From Marsupella aquatica (Eukaryota; Plantae; Marchantiophyta), in NCBI GenBank assembly GCA_973895155.1, contig OZ316897.1, forward strand, positions 12,399,375-12,463,374: a DNA stretch of 64,000 nucleotides, given 5' to 3'. Both the position numbers and the translations under genes were made by a program. How positions within the stretch are numbered: position 1 is the stretch's first letter; each line of letters opens with the position of its first letter. Below, piece by piece: positions 62,854-64,000 of the stretch. The notes beneath the pieces are model-generated. The model made no database searches and was not told the origin of the DNA. It saw only the letters and a program-made list of their open reading frames with translations.

Positions 62854-63771
62854 TAAACCCGTGATATGGGAGTGATGGAGCGACACGTGTCAAATGTTTT
62901 TTATCACACATTTCATCGCATTGATCCATTTTTGTGCTTTCAATTGTGCTGAGATTGGAGCGGGTATTGAAGGTTCAAGACAAAGAAGCTGCATTCTTCT
63001 CCAGGCAACATTGCTGAGCCATTCAAACAACATTATACTAAACAGAGGCCATTTTCAAAAAACGTGACTTGACGTCTTGATTAATCCACGGGGTAGTCAA
63101 AGTTGTCAACTGCGATCCACGACTGGTTCCTTTTTCTTTTTGGTGTAAAATCAGTGATCACTTTATGCAGTCCATGGGGATGGGCAGGGACAAGGTCTTA
63201 GTTGGTCTACCATGGCTTCAGATTAGTGATGCACACATATATTTATATAACTTTATTATTATTACTTTTATAACAGTCTTGAAGAGTATCTCAATGGTGT
63301 GCATGTAACTCTTGCTCACTTAATTATATGTTCACTTGGCATGAGTCAGGTTCCGGGCCACATATATTTTTCAGGGGTCGCTCACATGCAAGTTGGCTCT
63401 TAGATCCAAGTCTCGCTTGCATGCTTAGACAGTTGCTTAAATGTGGAGTGACCATTAATTAACTTATCACAAATATGTTCCCTCTTTCTATGTTTTTGCG
63501 GTTTCCCTTTGCATACTTTCTTGTGGGTATGGTGTTTGTCCCCTTTCAACCTGATTGCTTGTCCTCATTGTGGTTTGTCTGGCCCTTTTAAAAAGGAAAA
63601 CACCGCGTGTAGTTTGATTTGGAATGCTTGCAAACAGGAAAGGTTATAAACATAAGGGTGTCTCAAACTTTCAAATTTGATGGATCTTAATCTCAGTAAG
63701 TAAGGTTACTAACATAAAAAGTTATGGACTCCCAAATTCATAATCCATAAGTTTTTGCCATAAGGATTGGT

Positions 63772-63956
63772 CATGACCATGATCATAAATCAATGTGGTG
63801 TGGAAAAAACCCAAAAAACCCCAAAAATGACAGAACCCTGGGCTAAAGTGATGACCATTTATTTATGGATCATAAATCAATATGGTGTGAAAAAAAACCC
63901 CAAAACCCCCAAAACTGACATAACCCTGGGCTAAAGTGATGACCATTTGTTTATGG
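63772..63956. repeat. Tandem repeat, ~87-bp unit, 2 copies
   Basis: GATCATAAATCAAT.TGGTGTG.AAAAAACCC...AACCCTGGGCTAAAGTGATGACCATTT occurs twice. Confidence 0.85.
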
Positions 63957-64000
63957 CCAAAAGCCATAGTCCCCAACTTTGAAGCGATGAGACGCCCATG

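Overview
Intron-rich nuclear DNA of a land plant; the lineage is not determined. Gene identities come from hand translation and recalled protein motifs, not database searches. From left to right: (1) the first coding exon of a minus-strand gene with a His-rich N-terminus (UreG-like), running off the window. (2) A plus-strand trio in about 5.4 kb: a decayed POP4/Rpp29 (RNase P/MRP subunit) gene, an intact intronless P-class PPR ORF (At2g35130-like), and the decayed 3' half of HCF173. (3) About 12 kb of repeat and MITE debris. (4) A complete 15-exon RBOH NADPH oxidase gene (+, 1103 aa). (5) About 16 kb of intergenic DNA. (6) A complete 14-exon type II sucrose transporter gene (SUT2/SUC3-like, -, 642 aa), convergent with RBOH. 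(7) A hAT-type GC-rich MITE with an 8-bp TSD. (8) A young full-length Ty1/copia element (421-bp LTRs, 3 mismatches, TAAAC TSD) with one in-frame TGA between gag and pol and a nonsense codon in RT. The most unusual structure is the pseudoPOP4-PPR-pseudoHCF173 fusion: the dead flanking genes keep most splice sites and may act as UTR exons of the PPR gene.
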